The notes under the pieces are model-generated. The model was not told where the DNA came from and did no database searches. It saw only the letters and a list, made by a program, of their open reading frames with translations. From NCBI RefSeq assembly GCF_009914755.1, contig NC_060930.1: DNA of 64,000 nucleotides, one strand, 5' to 3'. The number at the start of each line of letters is the position of its first letter. The first letter of the stretch is position 1. This document shows positions 1 through 18,755 of this stretch, one piece after another. This DNA comes from the human T2T-CHM13v2.0 reference genome, Homo sapiens. Both the position numbers and the translations under genes were made by a program.

Positions 1-50
1 ATGAAGATTTTGTTAGATGTGCGCCCAGATAGGCAGACAGTTATGACCAG
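1..50 (+). CDS. DDX43: DDX43 coding exon, cut by the window start (MKILLDVRPDRQTVMTS)
   Basis: Translates to DEAD-box helicase sequence leading into motif III; donor AG|gtacgt after 50, phase 2 matches the next exon. Confidence 0.93.
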
Positions 51-317
51 GTACGTATATGCCTAATTACTGTGTGCAGAATAGAAATCAGTGGAATAGA
101 ATCTCATTCTGTTTGGATTTTCCCACAATATTTGAGCATTACTTGGAAGTGTTGAAATCTTTAGGTGAAAGATCTCATAACATTGGAAGTAGAACAGTGT
201 AACAATAAGTGCTTATTCATGACTATTGGGTTTCCTAAGTTACAGATAGGGATTTCAACACAAACATTTACTTATCATAGTAAGGTCTCACTTTTGAATA
301 AAGGGTTCACTTGTCTA

Positions 318-767
<450 letters not shown>

Positions 768-891
768 TTATATACTTTGTCTTTATTAGTATAAATAATA
801 TAAAATTTAAAAAATACAAAATCCCCTCACATAGTTTTATTACAAATAACCTTCCTATTTCAAGAAAAGTGAATGTATTTATTTATTTTGA

Positions 892-993
<102 letters not shown>

Positions 994-1670
994 TGAGTAG
1001 CTGGGACTACAGGCACACGTCACCATGCCCAGCTAATTATTGTATTTTTACCGATGGGGTTTCGCCATGTTGGCCAGGCTGGTCTCAAACTCCTGACCTC
1101 AGGTGATTCATCTGTCTAGGCCTCCCAAAGTGCTGGGATTACAAGCTTGAGCCACGATGCCCAGCCCAAGAAAAGAGAACTTAGATTTTATTGAATTACT
1201 GTGAAGGTATACAAAGTGGTCACTTTCATTATTTTATATATAGTTGAGGAAACATTTAAATGCAGATATTCTTTGATCAGTATATTTTGAAGGTTTGTTT
1301 TGTTTTGCGTTTTGAGACAGGGTCTCACTCTGTCACCCAGGATGGAATGCAGTGGCACCATTTTGCCTCACTGCAGTCTCAGCCTTCCCAGCTCAAGCGA
1401 TTCTCCCACCTCAGCCTTCTGAGTAACTGGAACTACAGGTGCATGCCACCACACCCAGCTCATTTTTGTATTTTTTGTAGAGACAGGGTTATCACCATGT
1501 TGCCCATGCTAGTCTTGAACTCCTGAGCTCAAGTGATCCACCCACCTAAGCCTCCCAAAGTGCTGGGATTACAGGCATGAGCCAACAACCTTTTAAAAGA
1601 TTTTTATGGCCAGGCGCCGTGGCTCACGCCTGTAATCCCAGCACTTTGGGAGGCCGAGACGAGCGAATCA

Positions 1671-1989
<319 letters not shown>

Positions 1990-2004
1990 TTAACCTAATA
2001 GTAA

Positions 2005-2190
<186 letters not shown>

Positions 2191-2553
2191 TGACTTATTT
2201 TTGTATTTTTAGTAGGCACAGACTTTCCCCATGTTGACCAGGCTGGTCTCGAACTCCTGACCTCAAGTGATCCGCCTCTCCTCAGCCTCGCAAAGTGCTG
2301 GGATTACAGGCATGAGCCACCACACACGGCCTTAGCTTTTCATAGATTAGTATTTAGTTGAAGGTGTACAGGTATCCTTTGGTTCATAAAAACCTAGTAT
2401 TTATTTACTTATTTATGAGACGGAGTTTCGCTTTTGTTGCGGTGGCTGGAGTATAGTGGCACAATCTTGGCTCACTGCAACCTCCGCCTCCTGGGCTCAA
2501 GCCATTTTCCTGCCTCAGCCTCCGGAGTAGCTGGGATTACAGGCGTCCGCTAA

Positions 2554-2754
<201 letters not shown>

Positions 2755-2906
2755 TAATTAGTGAATTAACTGTTAAATTTGCCTTACTTATTGAAAAAAT
2801 AAGTACTAAATTTGTCTTTCATGAGTAACTTGGTTCATAGCATGCTTAAGGAAACATAGTAATGTTTTTACAACAAAATTGTAATGTTTGTAACTTGTAT
2901 TCCCAG

Positions 2907-2994
2907 TGCTACATGGCCTCATTCAGTTCATCGCCTCGCACAATCTTATTTGAAAGAACCAATGATTGTCTATGTTGGTACATTGGATCTAGTT
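2907..2994 (+). CDS. DDX43: DDX43 exon (SATWPHSVHRLAQSYLKEPMIVYVGTLDLV), completes motif III SAT
   Basis: tcccag| acceptor, |gtaagc donor, 88 nt, frame continuous with neighbours. Confidence 0.95.
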
Positions 2995-3191
2995 GTAAGC
3001 TTTTTTTTATTACTATTGTTTAACATTTCTTATGAAAATTCTGAAGATAGCTAATTTTGGTGTGCCTAGTCTGCCCACTCCCCAATTTTAGGGCAAATCA
3101 CACTTGCATATAGTTTTAATAGAGCTGTAATATGATTATCTCATTTGAAATTTCAATAATCAGCTAATACCATCAACCTCTAGTCAGGGCC

Positions 3192-3338
3192 TATATATGT
3201 ATAGAGAGAGAGAGAGAGAGAGTGTGTGTGTGTGTGTGTTTGTGTCAGAGTCTCACTGTATTGCCCAGGCTGGAGTGCAGTGGGGTGATCTCGGCTCACT
3301 GCAACCTCTGCCTCCTGGGTTCAAGTGATATATATATA

Positions 3339-3377
<39 letters not shown>

Positions 3378-3454
3378 CGCGCGTGTGTGTGTGTGCGCGT
3401 GCGTGCGCACGCATGTGCAAGTGATATATAGCGTGTGTGTGTGTGTGTGTGTGT
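3192..3454. repeat. Compound (TA)n/(GA)n/(GT)n/(GC)n microsatellite cluster
   Basis: Read directly from the sequence. Confidence 0.95.
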
Positions 3455-4229
3455 CAGAGTCTCACTGTATTGCCCAGGCTGGAGTGCAGTGGGGTGATCT
3501 CAGCTCACTGCAACCTCTGCCTCCTGGGTTCAAGTGATTCTTGTGCCTCAGCCTCCTGAGTAGCTGGGGTTACAAACATGGCTACTACTCCTGGCTAAGT
3601 TTTGTATTTTAGTAGAGACAGGGTTTTGCCATGTTGGCCAGGCTGGTCTCAAACTCCTGACCTCAGGCGATCTGCCCCCTTGGCCTCCCAAAGTGCTGGG
3701 ATTACAGGCGTGAGCCACCGCACCCAGCAAAGTCAGGGTTTATATTTTTCTGATACCTAATTTTAACCCTGTTAGAATCAGGGTCTAAACGTAGGTCTAC
3801 ATATATACATAAATATAAGTCTGTTCCCTTTATGAAGTTAAGACTGAATATTGGGTTCATGTGTTGTCAGTGGGAACCCTCCATTATAATATAAAGTTCT
3901 CTTTCTGGCTTTTTGCTTAATCATTAATAAATGAAATTGGCCTTTCACTTAATCATTAATAATAATGGGTCATTGCTTACACCCCTTATTTCATTAGAGA
4001 TTTACAAATGGTGATCCATTTAACATTTGTTTTATAAAATGGTTAGCGACATTGCGCCACTGCACTCCAGCCCTGGTGACAGAGTGAGACTCTGTCTCAA
4101 AAATAAATAAATGAAATAAAATGATTAGAGACAAATAGTTGGTTGAAGGAATGGTACCAATAGTATTTTGAGGTTAAGTGACATCTAAGATACAAATCTT
4201 GAGTAGAAACAGGTAATTTTTTTAGGACG

Positions 4230-4723
4230 TCTGCCATTTTGCTTAGCAGTTTATTAAAAACATTAACCAATGAGAGAGAAGATGCATTTTGAGCTGATGT
4301 ATGCGGTCTCACCCTCAATCATGATGACCTTGATGAACTATATTCTTTGAATCCTTTAGGCTGTAAGTTCAGTGAAGCAAAATATAATTGTAACCACCGA
4401 GGAAGAGAAATGGAGTCACATGCAAACTTTTCTACAGAGTATGTCATCCACAGACAAAGTCATTGTCTTCGTTTCTCGAAAAGCTGTGTAGGTATTTTTT
4501 CTTGTGTGTCCATTATAATTAATTAAATTGATTAGGATCATTTCTATTTGTATACTAATTCCAAATGGGGGTGATAAGTCTGTTATGTTACTTTAGATTT
4601 TTGCTAACAGAAGTAAAACTGGTGGCATTAGAATAAGCACCTAAGAATGCTGAGTTTATCTTTTGCTTCAGTGCGGATCACTTATCAAGTGACCTAATAC
4701 TTGGAAATATATCAGTAGAGTCT
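4230..4723 (-). other. CGAS: Candidate alternative CGAS terminal exon, antisense to DDX43 exons; codes RLY* at 4723-4712
   Basis: Minus strand reads ctttctcccgatctctctgttctctatctccatgcag|AGA CTC TAC TGA; AATAAA at 4255-4250; in frame with internal donor CAC|gtatgt at 16163. Confidence 0.7.
4360..4487 (+). CDS. DDX43: DDX43 exon (AVSSVKQNIIV...DKVIVFVSRKAV), motif IV region
   Basis: ctttag| acceptor, |gtaggt donor, 128 nt, frame continuous. Confidence 0.95.
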
Positions 4724-4781
4724 CTGCATGGAGATAGAGAACAGAGAGATCGGGAGAAAGCATTAGAGAACTTTAAAACAG
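4672..4781 (+). CDS. DDX43: DDX43 exon (ADHLSSDL...SLHGDREQRDREKALENFKTG)
   Basis: cttcag| acceptor, |gtatgt donor, 110 nt; LHG and QxxR helicase motifs. Confidence 0.95.
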
Positions 4782-5149
4782 GTATGTTTATGTAATTAGT
4801 ATTTCATACAGTTTAAAATTAGTGCAATACCTGGGCTTGGCTGAGTAACATCTTTTCATGAAACCCATTTATTTCTAAGATCTGTCCTCACCTTCTGTAT
4901 CCTACAACTACACTCATTAGAGCTCTAAACATTAATCTGCCTTTAAGTATTAAATAAACACAAGACTTTAAACTTGGATATCAAGGTATTAATATGCAAC
5001 AGAAAATATATCTGAAGTTATCTGAAAAATGTATCTTTCTGTCATGGTTCGAAGGGTTTAGGACCCATTTGCTGAACCATGGTATCTTGTAACTTGCCGG
5101 CAGTTACTTTTCCATTTTCACAAAGTAAGCATTTTAATGTAAACAGTAA

Positions 5150-5389
<240 letters not shown>

Positions 5390-5836
5390 TAAGTAAGCTT
5401 AGTCCACCCATGAAAGGCCAATTCTAGATTCTCCTTATTCCTCTCACAAACTTCTTGCCCAGAAAACCATTTTATTCTATTACCTATAATTTTTCAGCTA
5501 CTTCCCAGATTATACTTGCTACTTTATTTATCCCTGTTCATTTGGCTTGTTCCAGACTCAACCAGATTCCATCCATGATTAGCTTCTTATATCTGGTTCT
5601 ATGTGTTTTATATCTAGTGTCACCGCTGAGCTCTGTACCCAGTGGTTACTCTGAAGGTTATTGACAAATTGGTATGGATATGAGACGACCTTTTTCCTCT
5701 TAAGAGAGCTACCACTGGGCCGGGCACGGTGGCTTACGTCTGTAATCCTAGCACTTTGGGAGGCCGAGGCAGGTGGATCATGAGGTCAGGAGATTGAGAC
5801 CATCGTGGCTAACACGGTGAAACCCCGTCTCTACTA

Positions 5837-6037
<201 letters not shown>

Positions 6038-6198
6038 TCATATACCCCCTTTGCTGTTTAAACCACAGCAGATTTAGATTCCAAATCTGTTTGACCCTAA
6101 ATCTTAATACATTCCAGCTTCTGTGAAAAAGTTTTCATTTGTCTTATTCTGTATTAACTGAATAATGAATACATGAGTTTTTTTCCCCCACACTAAAG

Positions 6199-6286
6199 GA
6201 GGACTGGTGTTTCCATTACAACTTTGACTAGAAATGATTGGAGGGTTGCCTCTGAATTGATTAATATTCTGGAAAGAGCAAATCAG
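6199..6286 (+). CDS. DDX43: DDX43 exon (RTGVSITTLTRNDWRVASELINILERANQ)
   Basis: ctaaag| acceptor, |gtgaga donor, 88 nt, frame continuous. Confidence 0.95.
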
Positions 6287-6814
6287 GTGAGACTATGCAA
6301 TTCATTAGAAATCTACCTGTTATCAGTATCTCAGTCAGTTATGCCGGGTACTATGGCTTGCTATTTATCAGGAAGCTTCAAATAAGTTTTCATCACGTTT
6401 TGAGGGCTTTAGCATGGCAGTGATAAGAAACTATGGGAGCATATAACTGGGAAACTTAACCTAATGGGGGTGAGCAATGAAAGCCCCGCCAAGGAAGAAA
6501 TATGTAGAGTGGAGGTGGGGAAAGTTGTAGAAGATGGGGTAAATGTTCCAGCAGGGGGAACATATTCAGGCTCAGAGGTAAGAAAGAATATGTAGAAAAT
6601 GCTACCATATAAAGGCACATTAAAGGCACTTGGAAGCAGCTGAAGCAGCAAATTTTATAGCCTGTAGATGGATGTAGGGTTTAATCGAGATACCTGTTTC
6701 TGTTTAAAGGATGTCATGTAACCAGCTGTGCGATTATCTGAAATGATTTGGATGCATTTTAGTGTTGTAGAAAAGAACTCAGAATCCTAATAACAACACG
6801 TTGAATAATTTCAG

Positions 6815-6928
6815 AGTATTCCAGAGGAGCTTGTATCAATGGCTGAGAGGTTTAAGGCACATCAACAGAAAAGGGAAATGGAAAGAAAAATGGAAAGACC
6901 TCAAGGAAGGCCCAAGAAGTTTCATTAA
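6815..6928 (+). CDS. DDX43: DDX43 last coding segment (SIPEELVSMAERFKAHQQKREMERKMERPQGRPKKFH*); exon continues to a donor after 6953
   Basis: tttcag| acceptor, TAA at 6926-6928, GAG|gtaaaa donor. Confidence 0.95.
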   Translation, partial: SIPEELVSMAERFKAHQQKREMERKMERPQGRPKKFH

Positions 6929-7475
6929 TGTCTTCTGTACTAGTGGGGTAGAGGTAAAAGTTCAATAACATATGGACTTTAAAATGCCTGCTTACTTAAA
7001 CTAGGCTTTGTTAATAATGTTTATTGCAATGAGCATGATCTCTAAGTCATTAACATAATAAACTAGGTGTTACTCATATCTATTACTTAATCCTTCTGGG
7101 TATACATGGAAAAGAATGAAAGCCAGGTCTTTTTGTACTCATGTTTATAGCAGCACTATTCATAATAGTCAAGGGTATACAACCCAAGCATCCATCAGTG
7201 AATGAGTAGATAAACACAATGGAATATCATTCAGCCCTAAAAAGGAAGAAAACTCAGTCATATAGATGAACCTTGAGGACATTATGCTTAGAGAAATAAG
7301 CCAATTACAAGGACATACTATATTATTACACTTGTAAGAGGTACTTAGAATAGTACAATTCACAGTGACAAAGTAGAATGGTGGTTACCAAGGACTTGGA
7401 AAGTGGGTAGGGGGAATTGTTTGGTAGAGAGTTTTTCATGGCATGAAAGTTTTGGAGGCCATACACAGTGGCTCA

Positions 7476-7772
<297 letters not shown>

Positions 7773-7888
7773 CTACAGAGTTGCACAGTTAAAAATGGTT
7801 ATGGTAAATTTGGGTATGTTTATTTAATCACAAGCTTTTTAAAAACAATGTTGGGGTCAGCAATTTACATTTTTTTTCTATTTTTCAG

Positions 7889-8050
7889 AATTCAAGATTT
7901 TTTAGAAATATAGTAAGACGGAAGTATTGGACATGTTGGCAGTATGAAGAGACCGGACTGATTTGACTGATTCTTAAAATAATAGTGTTTGAAAATATAG
8001 AATCCAGTGTTTTATACTTTCTTTAATAAAAATAGAAGTATTTAAACTTG
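7889..8050 (+). other. DDX43: DDX43 non-coding terminal exon with poly(A) signal; 3' end approximate
   Basis: Polypyrimidine tract and ttttcag| at 7888; AATAAA at 8025-8030 followed by GT/T-rich sequence; second AATAAA at 8240-8245. Confidence 0.8.
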
Positions 8051-9096
8051 GAAGTTGTTTCCTGGATTTTTATTAAGGAGTGTAGCATTAGAATGTTTTT
8101 CTTTTAATCTTTTAAACTGTCTCCTGTAATTTTGCTGTATGTCATAAGGCCAGTCTTTCAGAATTTAATGTTCAGATTTTGTCATGGCAGTGAAAAAGAT
8201 GTTTTCAAACAAAGAATCAGCACCTGAAAAAATACTGTTAATAAATGTTCGTTTCTGTGATAAAAAGACAAGTTGATAATTTGTCTTTCTGTATAGCGTT
8301 TTAATTTTGTGTTTGCTAAATAATATTTTATTGGGGTATACTTAAATTATCCTTTACCCACTTTGAAATGAAACAGTAAATTATTTCATAAGGTCAAAAT
8401 ATGCAACAACAGTTTACCTTTTCATTTTAGCCTATGGCTTCACGCTAAAACCCTTGGAAAATCAAATTGCACTTCCATGAAATTTTCTTTGATCAAATTA
8501 CCATCATCCTTCCCTTACAGTTTTATGTTATGTATTCCACCATAAATGAGGGTAACTTATATTAACTTTCAGAATTTATGAGTATATACTTGTGTATAAT
8601 TAGTTTAAGCCTTCATCACGTGAATTTTTCATTACTGCAATAATTGCTTCCTGTTATTAGCGATAAGGTTAAATAGAGAACCTAATAGAGGAAAGAAAAT
8701 AAAGGTAAAAGCAGAAATGAATAAATTGGAAAACAGTTCAGTGAAAACCAACAGCAGGTTCTTTAGTAAGACCAATCAAATAAGTTTCTGGTTAAGTCTG
8801 GGAGTGGGGAGTTGTAAGGATGTAGAGACATTAAAAAATGAGAACAATGCTGGGCGCAGTGGCTCATGCCTATAATCCCAGCACTTTGGGAGGCCGAGGC
8901 GGGAGGATCACGACATCAAGAGATCAAGACCGTCCTGGCTAACACGATGAAACCTTGTCTCTAAAAATACAAAATTAGCTGGGCGTGGTGGCACATGCCT
9001 GTGGTCCCAGCTGCTTAATAAAGATATACACAGGCATCTCATAATAAAACTCCAGAATACCAAAGACAAAAATCCTAAAATCAGTCAGAGAAAAAT

Positions 9097-10171
<1,075 letters not shown>

Positions 10172-10633
10172 AAATGTTAGATTAATAATGCTATTTCTCT
10201 GTATTTTCACTGTTTGTTTTTTTTTACACTTTAACGTGAACATCTGACTTTTTCACATTGAACACATATTACTTTTTTTTTGAGACAGAGTTTCACTCTT
10301 GTTGCCCAGGCTGGAGTGCAATGGCACAATCTCAGTTCACCCACAACCTCCGCCTCCCAGGTTCAAGCGACTCTCCTGCCTCAGCCTCCCAAGTAGCTGG
10401 GATTACAGGCATCCACCCTCATGCCTGGCAAAATGAAAAAGATTTAAAAGTAATATGTGTTCAGGCCACCGCGCCCGGCAAAATGAAAAAATTTAAAAAT
10501 AATATGTGTTCAGGCCGTGCACAGTGGCTCACGCCTGTAATACCAGCACTTTGGGAGGACGAGGCGGGCGCATCACCAGAGGTCAGGAGTTCGAGCCCAG
10601 CCTGACCAACACGGAGAAACCCGGTCTCTACTA

Positions 10634-10792
<159 letters not shown>

Positions 10793-10951
10793 TCAAAAAA
10801 AAAAATTGTTTTCATTTTTATCAAAGTCAAATATACATGTAATGTATGGAAGCAAATGGTTCTACAAGACTTATTTATTTTTGTTTTTATTTTTTATTTA
10901 CATTTCTCTGCCAGAAATCTTGGACTTACAAAGCTTATTTAAAAAGTAGTC

Positions 10952-12090
<1,139 letters not shown>

Positions 12091-12251
12091 GTAGTCCCGA
12101 ACCCTTCCACCCTTCATTTTCCACTCCCAAGATGTAACCTTTTCATCTTTTAGCCATTAATAACTTGCTTATACTGCAATTTCTTGGTTTTAAAAATTTG
12201 ACATTTACTGACTTCCCACTATAAGGAAGATTAATTCAGTTTTTGCATACC

Positions 12252-13400
12252 TGTGACAGTCGGACCCTCAGGGTTGTCCTGTGGCCCCCCACCTCCTGAG
12301 GTTCATATCTATGTAGTAAGGAATTTAACCTAACCCAAAGAAAAGTCTCACCTTTGCCCTTGGCTTCTGAAAGGTAATGGCTGAATTCTTGGAATGTGCC
12401 AGAAAGTATAACAATGTGATTTATGGTGGGGTCTTTGGGTCATGGTATCAGCTTATACTGTTTGCCTTCCAGAGGAGCTGGAGACTGAGGTTAGACATAT
12501 GTCCAGCCAACCATGAGCTGCAGTAAGAACTCTGGACATGGCTCAGGTGAGCTTCCCTGGCTGGCAATATTCTGCGTGTATTGGCACACATTGATGCCAA
12601 GAGAATAACATGTCCATGACTCCACCAAAAGACAACAGAAAGTGCTGTGTTTGCTACTCTCTTAAACTCTGCCTTACGCACTTCTTCCTTTGGCTGATTT
12701 AAACTTGCATGCTTACTATATAATAAACTGCAACCATGAGCATAGTGGTTTTAGTGAGTTCTGTGAGTCTTTCATCAAACCTCAGGGTGGTTTTAGGAAT
12801 CCCTTGAAATTGCAATTGTTGACAGAAATGAGGGTGGTCTTATGGGAACTGTTTTCCCCCTAACTGTATCGCTGGCATCTGAGACAACAAGAACACCCTT
12901 GAGTGATTCCTCTCCTCTTGGGTATGAGAGGGACCTTTGACTTGCTTCCAATCAATAGAATACAGTACAGGCAACGGACTGTACATAATTATGTGTATGT
13001 AATTGTGTTAAACAAGTTTGTAGCACTCCTCTTGCTGGAGTACCTCCCTTGCTGGCTTTGAAGAATCGAGCTACTGTTGTGGGCTGCCTATGTTGGGAGG
13101 CTCACATGGTAAGGAACTGAAGACAGCTTCTAGGAACTGAGGGCAACCTCTGGCTGACAGCAAGAAACTGAAGCCCTCAGTCCTACAAATGTAAAGGAAC
13201 TAAATTCTGCCAACAAAAATGGTTCCTTCTCCAGTCAAGCCTCAGATGAGGCTACAGCGCTGGCTGACGTCTTAATTATAGCCTTGAGAGACTCTGAGCA
13301 GAGCCACACCCAGAATTTTGGCCCACTGAAAATGTGAGATAATAAATATGTGTTGTTTTAAGCCTCTAAGGTTGTGGTTAATTGTTACACAGGAAACTAA
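12252..13400 (+). mobile_element. MLT1-type MaLR LTR with a nested MER21-like LTR (~12312-12870)
   Basis: MLT1 hallmarks aaggaactaaattctgccaacaa and tgtgagataataaat...gttgttttaagcc; inner element starts tgtagtaaggaattta; boundaries approximate. Confidence 0.6.
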
Positions 13401-13437
13401 TGTAATCTCCCTACCACTGTCACCATACAGGAACTAA

Positions 13438-13749
<312 letters not shown>

Positions 13750-14851
13750 TGATCTGCCCGCCTTGGCCTCCCAAAGTGCTGGAATTACAGGGGTGAGCCA
13801 CCGCCCCTGGTTTTTAATTTTTTTAAAGTCGACAACAGTCCATAACTTCAATAAGATTAATAGTCAATGGTTACATTACTATGACTTTGTCAATACTTAA
13901 ACAGCTGAGCAATATTCTTATATCAGACTTTTCTTTCATGCATTCATTTTTCTTATGGAGTTAAAAATTGCTTAGATTGGCTGGGCACAGTGCTCACATC
14001 TGTAATCTTAGCACTTTGGGAGGCTGAGATGGGTGTATCACCTGAGGTCAGGAGTTTGAGACCAGCTTGACCAACATGGTGAAACTCTGTCTCTACTAAA
14101 AATACAAAAATAATTAGCCAGGCATGGTGGCGTGCAACTGTAGTCCCAGCTACTTGGGAGGCTGAGGCAGGAGAATTGCTTGAACCGGGAGGAGGAGGGT
14201 GCAGTGAGCCAAGATCGTGCCACTGCACTCCAGCCTGGGCGACAGAGTGAGACTGTCCCAAAAAAAAAAAAAATTGCTTAGATTATTTTATTTGCATAGT
14301 GGTTTATTTATCATTAATTGTCCCCAAAACTCTTCAAATGTCTAATGTTTCTCTTAGTATGTTCAAACATAGTAGGCTGTTAAACAAGATGTATAAAGCA
14401 AAAACCATAAAAAATTCAACTCCAATTTATTCTCAAAAGCTTGAATGAGAAAAGAAATCAACTCCATTAAAATTTAAAAATCTTTACAATAAACAAAACA
14501 ATACAAAACAAAAAAACCTTGTTTACTAAAAGACACCAAAAAATGTGCAGACAACCCATATGGCAGAAGTTATTTGTTACACAGACAACGAATGAAAGAT
14601 AAATACCCCAAATATATTAAGAACTTCCCAAAACAATGAGAAGAAAACTAACCCATAAGAAAATGTGCAAAATATATGAACAGGAAATATTTAACAAACA
14701 GCAGTTGCCTCTAGGCTGAATGCTACCTAAAATAAAAAAAGTGTTACTGAAAGTAAAAATAAATAGATAACAGAAAATAAGTTAGGTTTTACATTTAGTC
14801 ACGTATATTAAAATAAAGTATCTTATGTTTTCTTTTAAGATTATGTATTTC

Positions 14852-15149
<298 letters not shown>

Positions 15150-15544
15150 TTATGTATTTCCTGGCCAGGCACGGTGGAGAGCTGTTTTTCAGTAAGAACT
15201 TGATGAATTTAATTAAGGCAATATGTACTTTATCTTTTTTTATTCCAACCTAAAAATGTCATTTATTTATTTATTTGCCTGCATGATAAAGCAAACATGG
15301 TAATGTTTTTAGATTTCAAATACTACTTTTGCTTCTTATTCCTTGACTAATCTTTTTCCTAGGATAGTCAATCCTTTATACTGATTAGAGTTTATTACAA
15401 CAAACTGAAAACTGAATAATTATTTACATTCATTTTAGTCAATTATTGCTGTGACAAATTTCAAACATTCCAATTATTACAGTCACTAATTTTTGTTATT
15501 TTGTTGCTTTTCTAAAAAATTATTTTAATAATTTCCTAATTTAT

Positions 15545-15851
15545 TTTTCTTATTTATTTATTTATTTATTGAGAGGAAGTCTTGCTCTGTCACCCAGGAT
15601 GGAGTGCAGTGGTGCCATCTTGACTCACTGCAACCTCCACCTCCTGGGTTCAAGTGATTCTCATGTCTAAGCCTCCCGAGTAGCTGGGATTACAGGCATG
15701 CATCACCATGCCCGGCTAATTTTTATATTTTTAGTAGAGATGGAGTTTCACCATGTTGGTCAGGCTGGTCTCAAACTCCTGACCTCAAGTGATCCGCCTG
15801 CCTCGGCCTCCAAAGAGCTGGGATTACAGGTGTGAGCCACAGCGTCTGGCC
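15545..15851 (-). mobile_element. Full-length Alu, sense to CGAS mRNA, starting ~75 nt after the stop codon
   Basis: Reverse-complement Alu with an (AAAT)n tail. Confidence 0.95.
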
Positions 15852-15925
15852 CCTTTTCAAATTTTTCTTGTATTCTCCAGGATTTAGGGTGACTCTAGTT
15901 CTTAGATCTTTCTAAAAATACAATC

Positions 15926-16277
15926 TCAAAATTCATCAAAAACTGGAAACTCATTGTTTCTTTCATATTCAATTTGCTTTGTCAGAAATTCCTTACTTCT
16001 TTTGTCAATTAAGTTGCTAGAGAATAGATTGAATTCAGGAATAAAATAATTCTCAAGTTTTTCTGTCCTGAGGCACTGAAGAAAGTATGTCACGCAGTTA
16101 TCAAAGCAGAGGCCCAGGTCTTTGCGGTCCCACTGACTGTCTTGAGGGTTCTGGGTACATACGTGAAAGAAGGCAGTTTTCACATGATAAGAAGAGAATT
16201 TATCCAGATGTTTTTTGTCTTTAAACCTTTCTTTCAGCTGTTCTAAAAGGTATTTCATTAGTTTTAAACAATCTTTC
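15926..16277 (-). CDS. CGAS: CGAS exon 5 coding part (aa 406-522, ends FPVFDEF*)
   Basis: ORF 15926..16258; caacag| acceptor; the five exons sum to 1569 nt = 522 aa plus stop. Confidence 0.98.
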
Positions 16278-16512
16278 CTGTTGAATAAAAAAGGAAAACA
16301 CTTATTTTTACTTATTTACATTCAACAAAGGATTTTAGGCATCTCATAGCAAAAATATAAACAATAAAGATATATAATAACATAAATATAGGCCGGGCGT
16401 GGTGACACAACGCCTGTAATCCCAGCACTTTGGGAGGCTGAGGCAGGGGGATCACCTAAGATCAAGAGTTTGAGTCCAGCCTGACTAATATGGTGAAACC
16501 CCGTCTCTACTA

Positions 16513-16761
<249 letters not shown>

Positions 16762-16764
16762 TCA

Positions 16765-17112
<348 letters not shown>

Positions 17113-17506
17113 TTATGTTTTCAAATATATGGTTTGAAGTTTCAAAAACACATTTTTCCCTCTCTTTCCCATTCTTAGCTTAAATATATTCTATGAATTT
17201 CTTCAACTGTATAAAGCTAACAGATATTTATACTATTTTTTTTTTTTTTGAGACAGGGTCTCACTCTGTCACCCAGGCTGGGATGCAGTGATACAATCTC
17301 GGCTCACTGCAACCTCTGACCCTCCCCTCACCCCCCTCAAGCGATCCAAAATCTTGTTTTGTTATAAAATTATTTTACTTTATTGAACTGCAAATTTAAT
17401 ATAAATTTTTTCTTTTTTAAAATCCACTGATTGTATCACAGAATTATTTACATTATTAAGAGTACCATAGATAATCTGCCATCTCATCTAGTTATTTAGT
17501 AGTTGA

Positions 17507-17869
<363 letters not shown>

Positions 17870-17992
17870 TAGTTTTCTTAATGCTTACTTCAAAGCCTGC
17901 ATATGAGATCTTAAAGAACCTCTGTGCCTGCATGTTGGGCATTTTTGTTTTGACTTTTTAACTTTTGTGATCTTTATACTGGCCAACTTACT

Positions 17993-18036
<44 letters not shown>

Positions 18037-18533
18037 GATGGAGTCTTGCTCTGTTGCCCAGGCTGGAGTGCAGTGGCATGATCTCAGCTTATTGCAACCT
18101 CTGTCTCCCGGGTTCAGGTGATTCTCTTGCCTCAGCCTCCTGAGTAGCGGGGATTACAGGCACGTGCCACTGCGCCCAGCTAATTTTTGTATTTTTAGTA
18201 GAGACGGGGTTTCGCCACGTAGGCCAGGCTGGTCTCGAATTCCTGACCTCAGGTGATCCACCTGCCCTGGCCTCCCAAAGTGCTGGGATTGCAGGCCTTG
18301 AGCCACCATGCCTGGCCAATACTGGCCAACTTTAGAAACTCAAATGAACAATTCCTTTTCAATCTTAGTTCTTTATGGTGTGTATGCCATCACAAAAAAA
18401 AATGGTGGGGTGCAGTGTCTCATCCCCGTACTTCCAAGACTTTGGGAGGCCAAGGCGGGAAGATTACTTGAACCCAGGAGTTGGTGACCAGCCTGCCTGG
18501 GCAACAAAGGGAGACCACCATCTCTACCAATAA

Positions 18534-18755
<222 letters not shown>

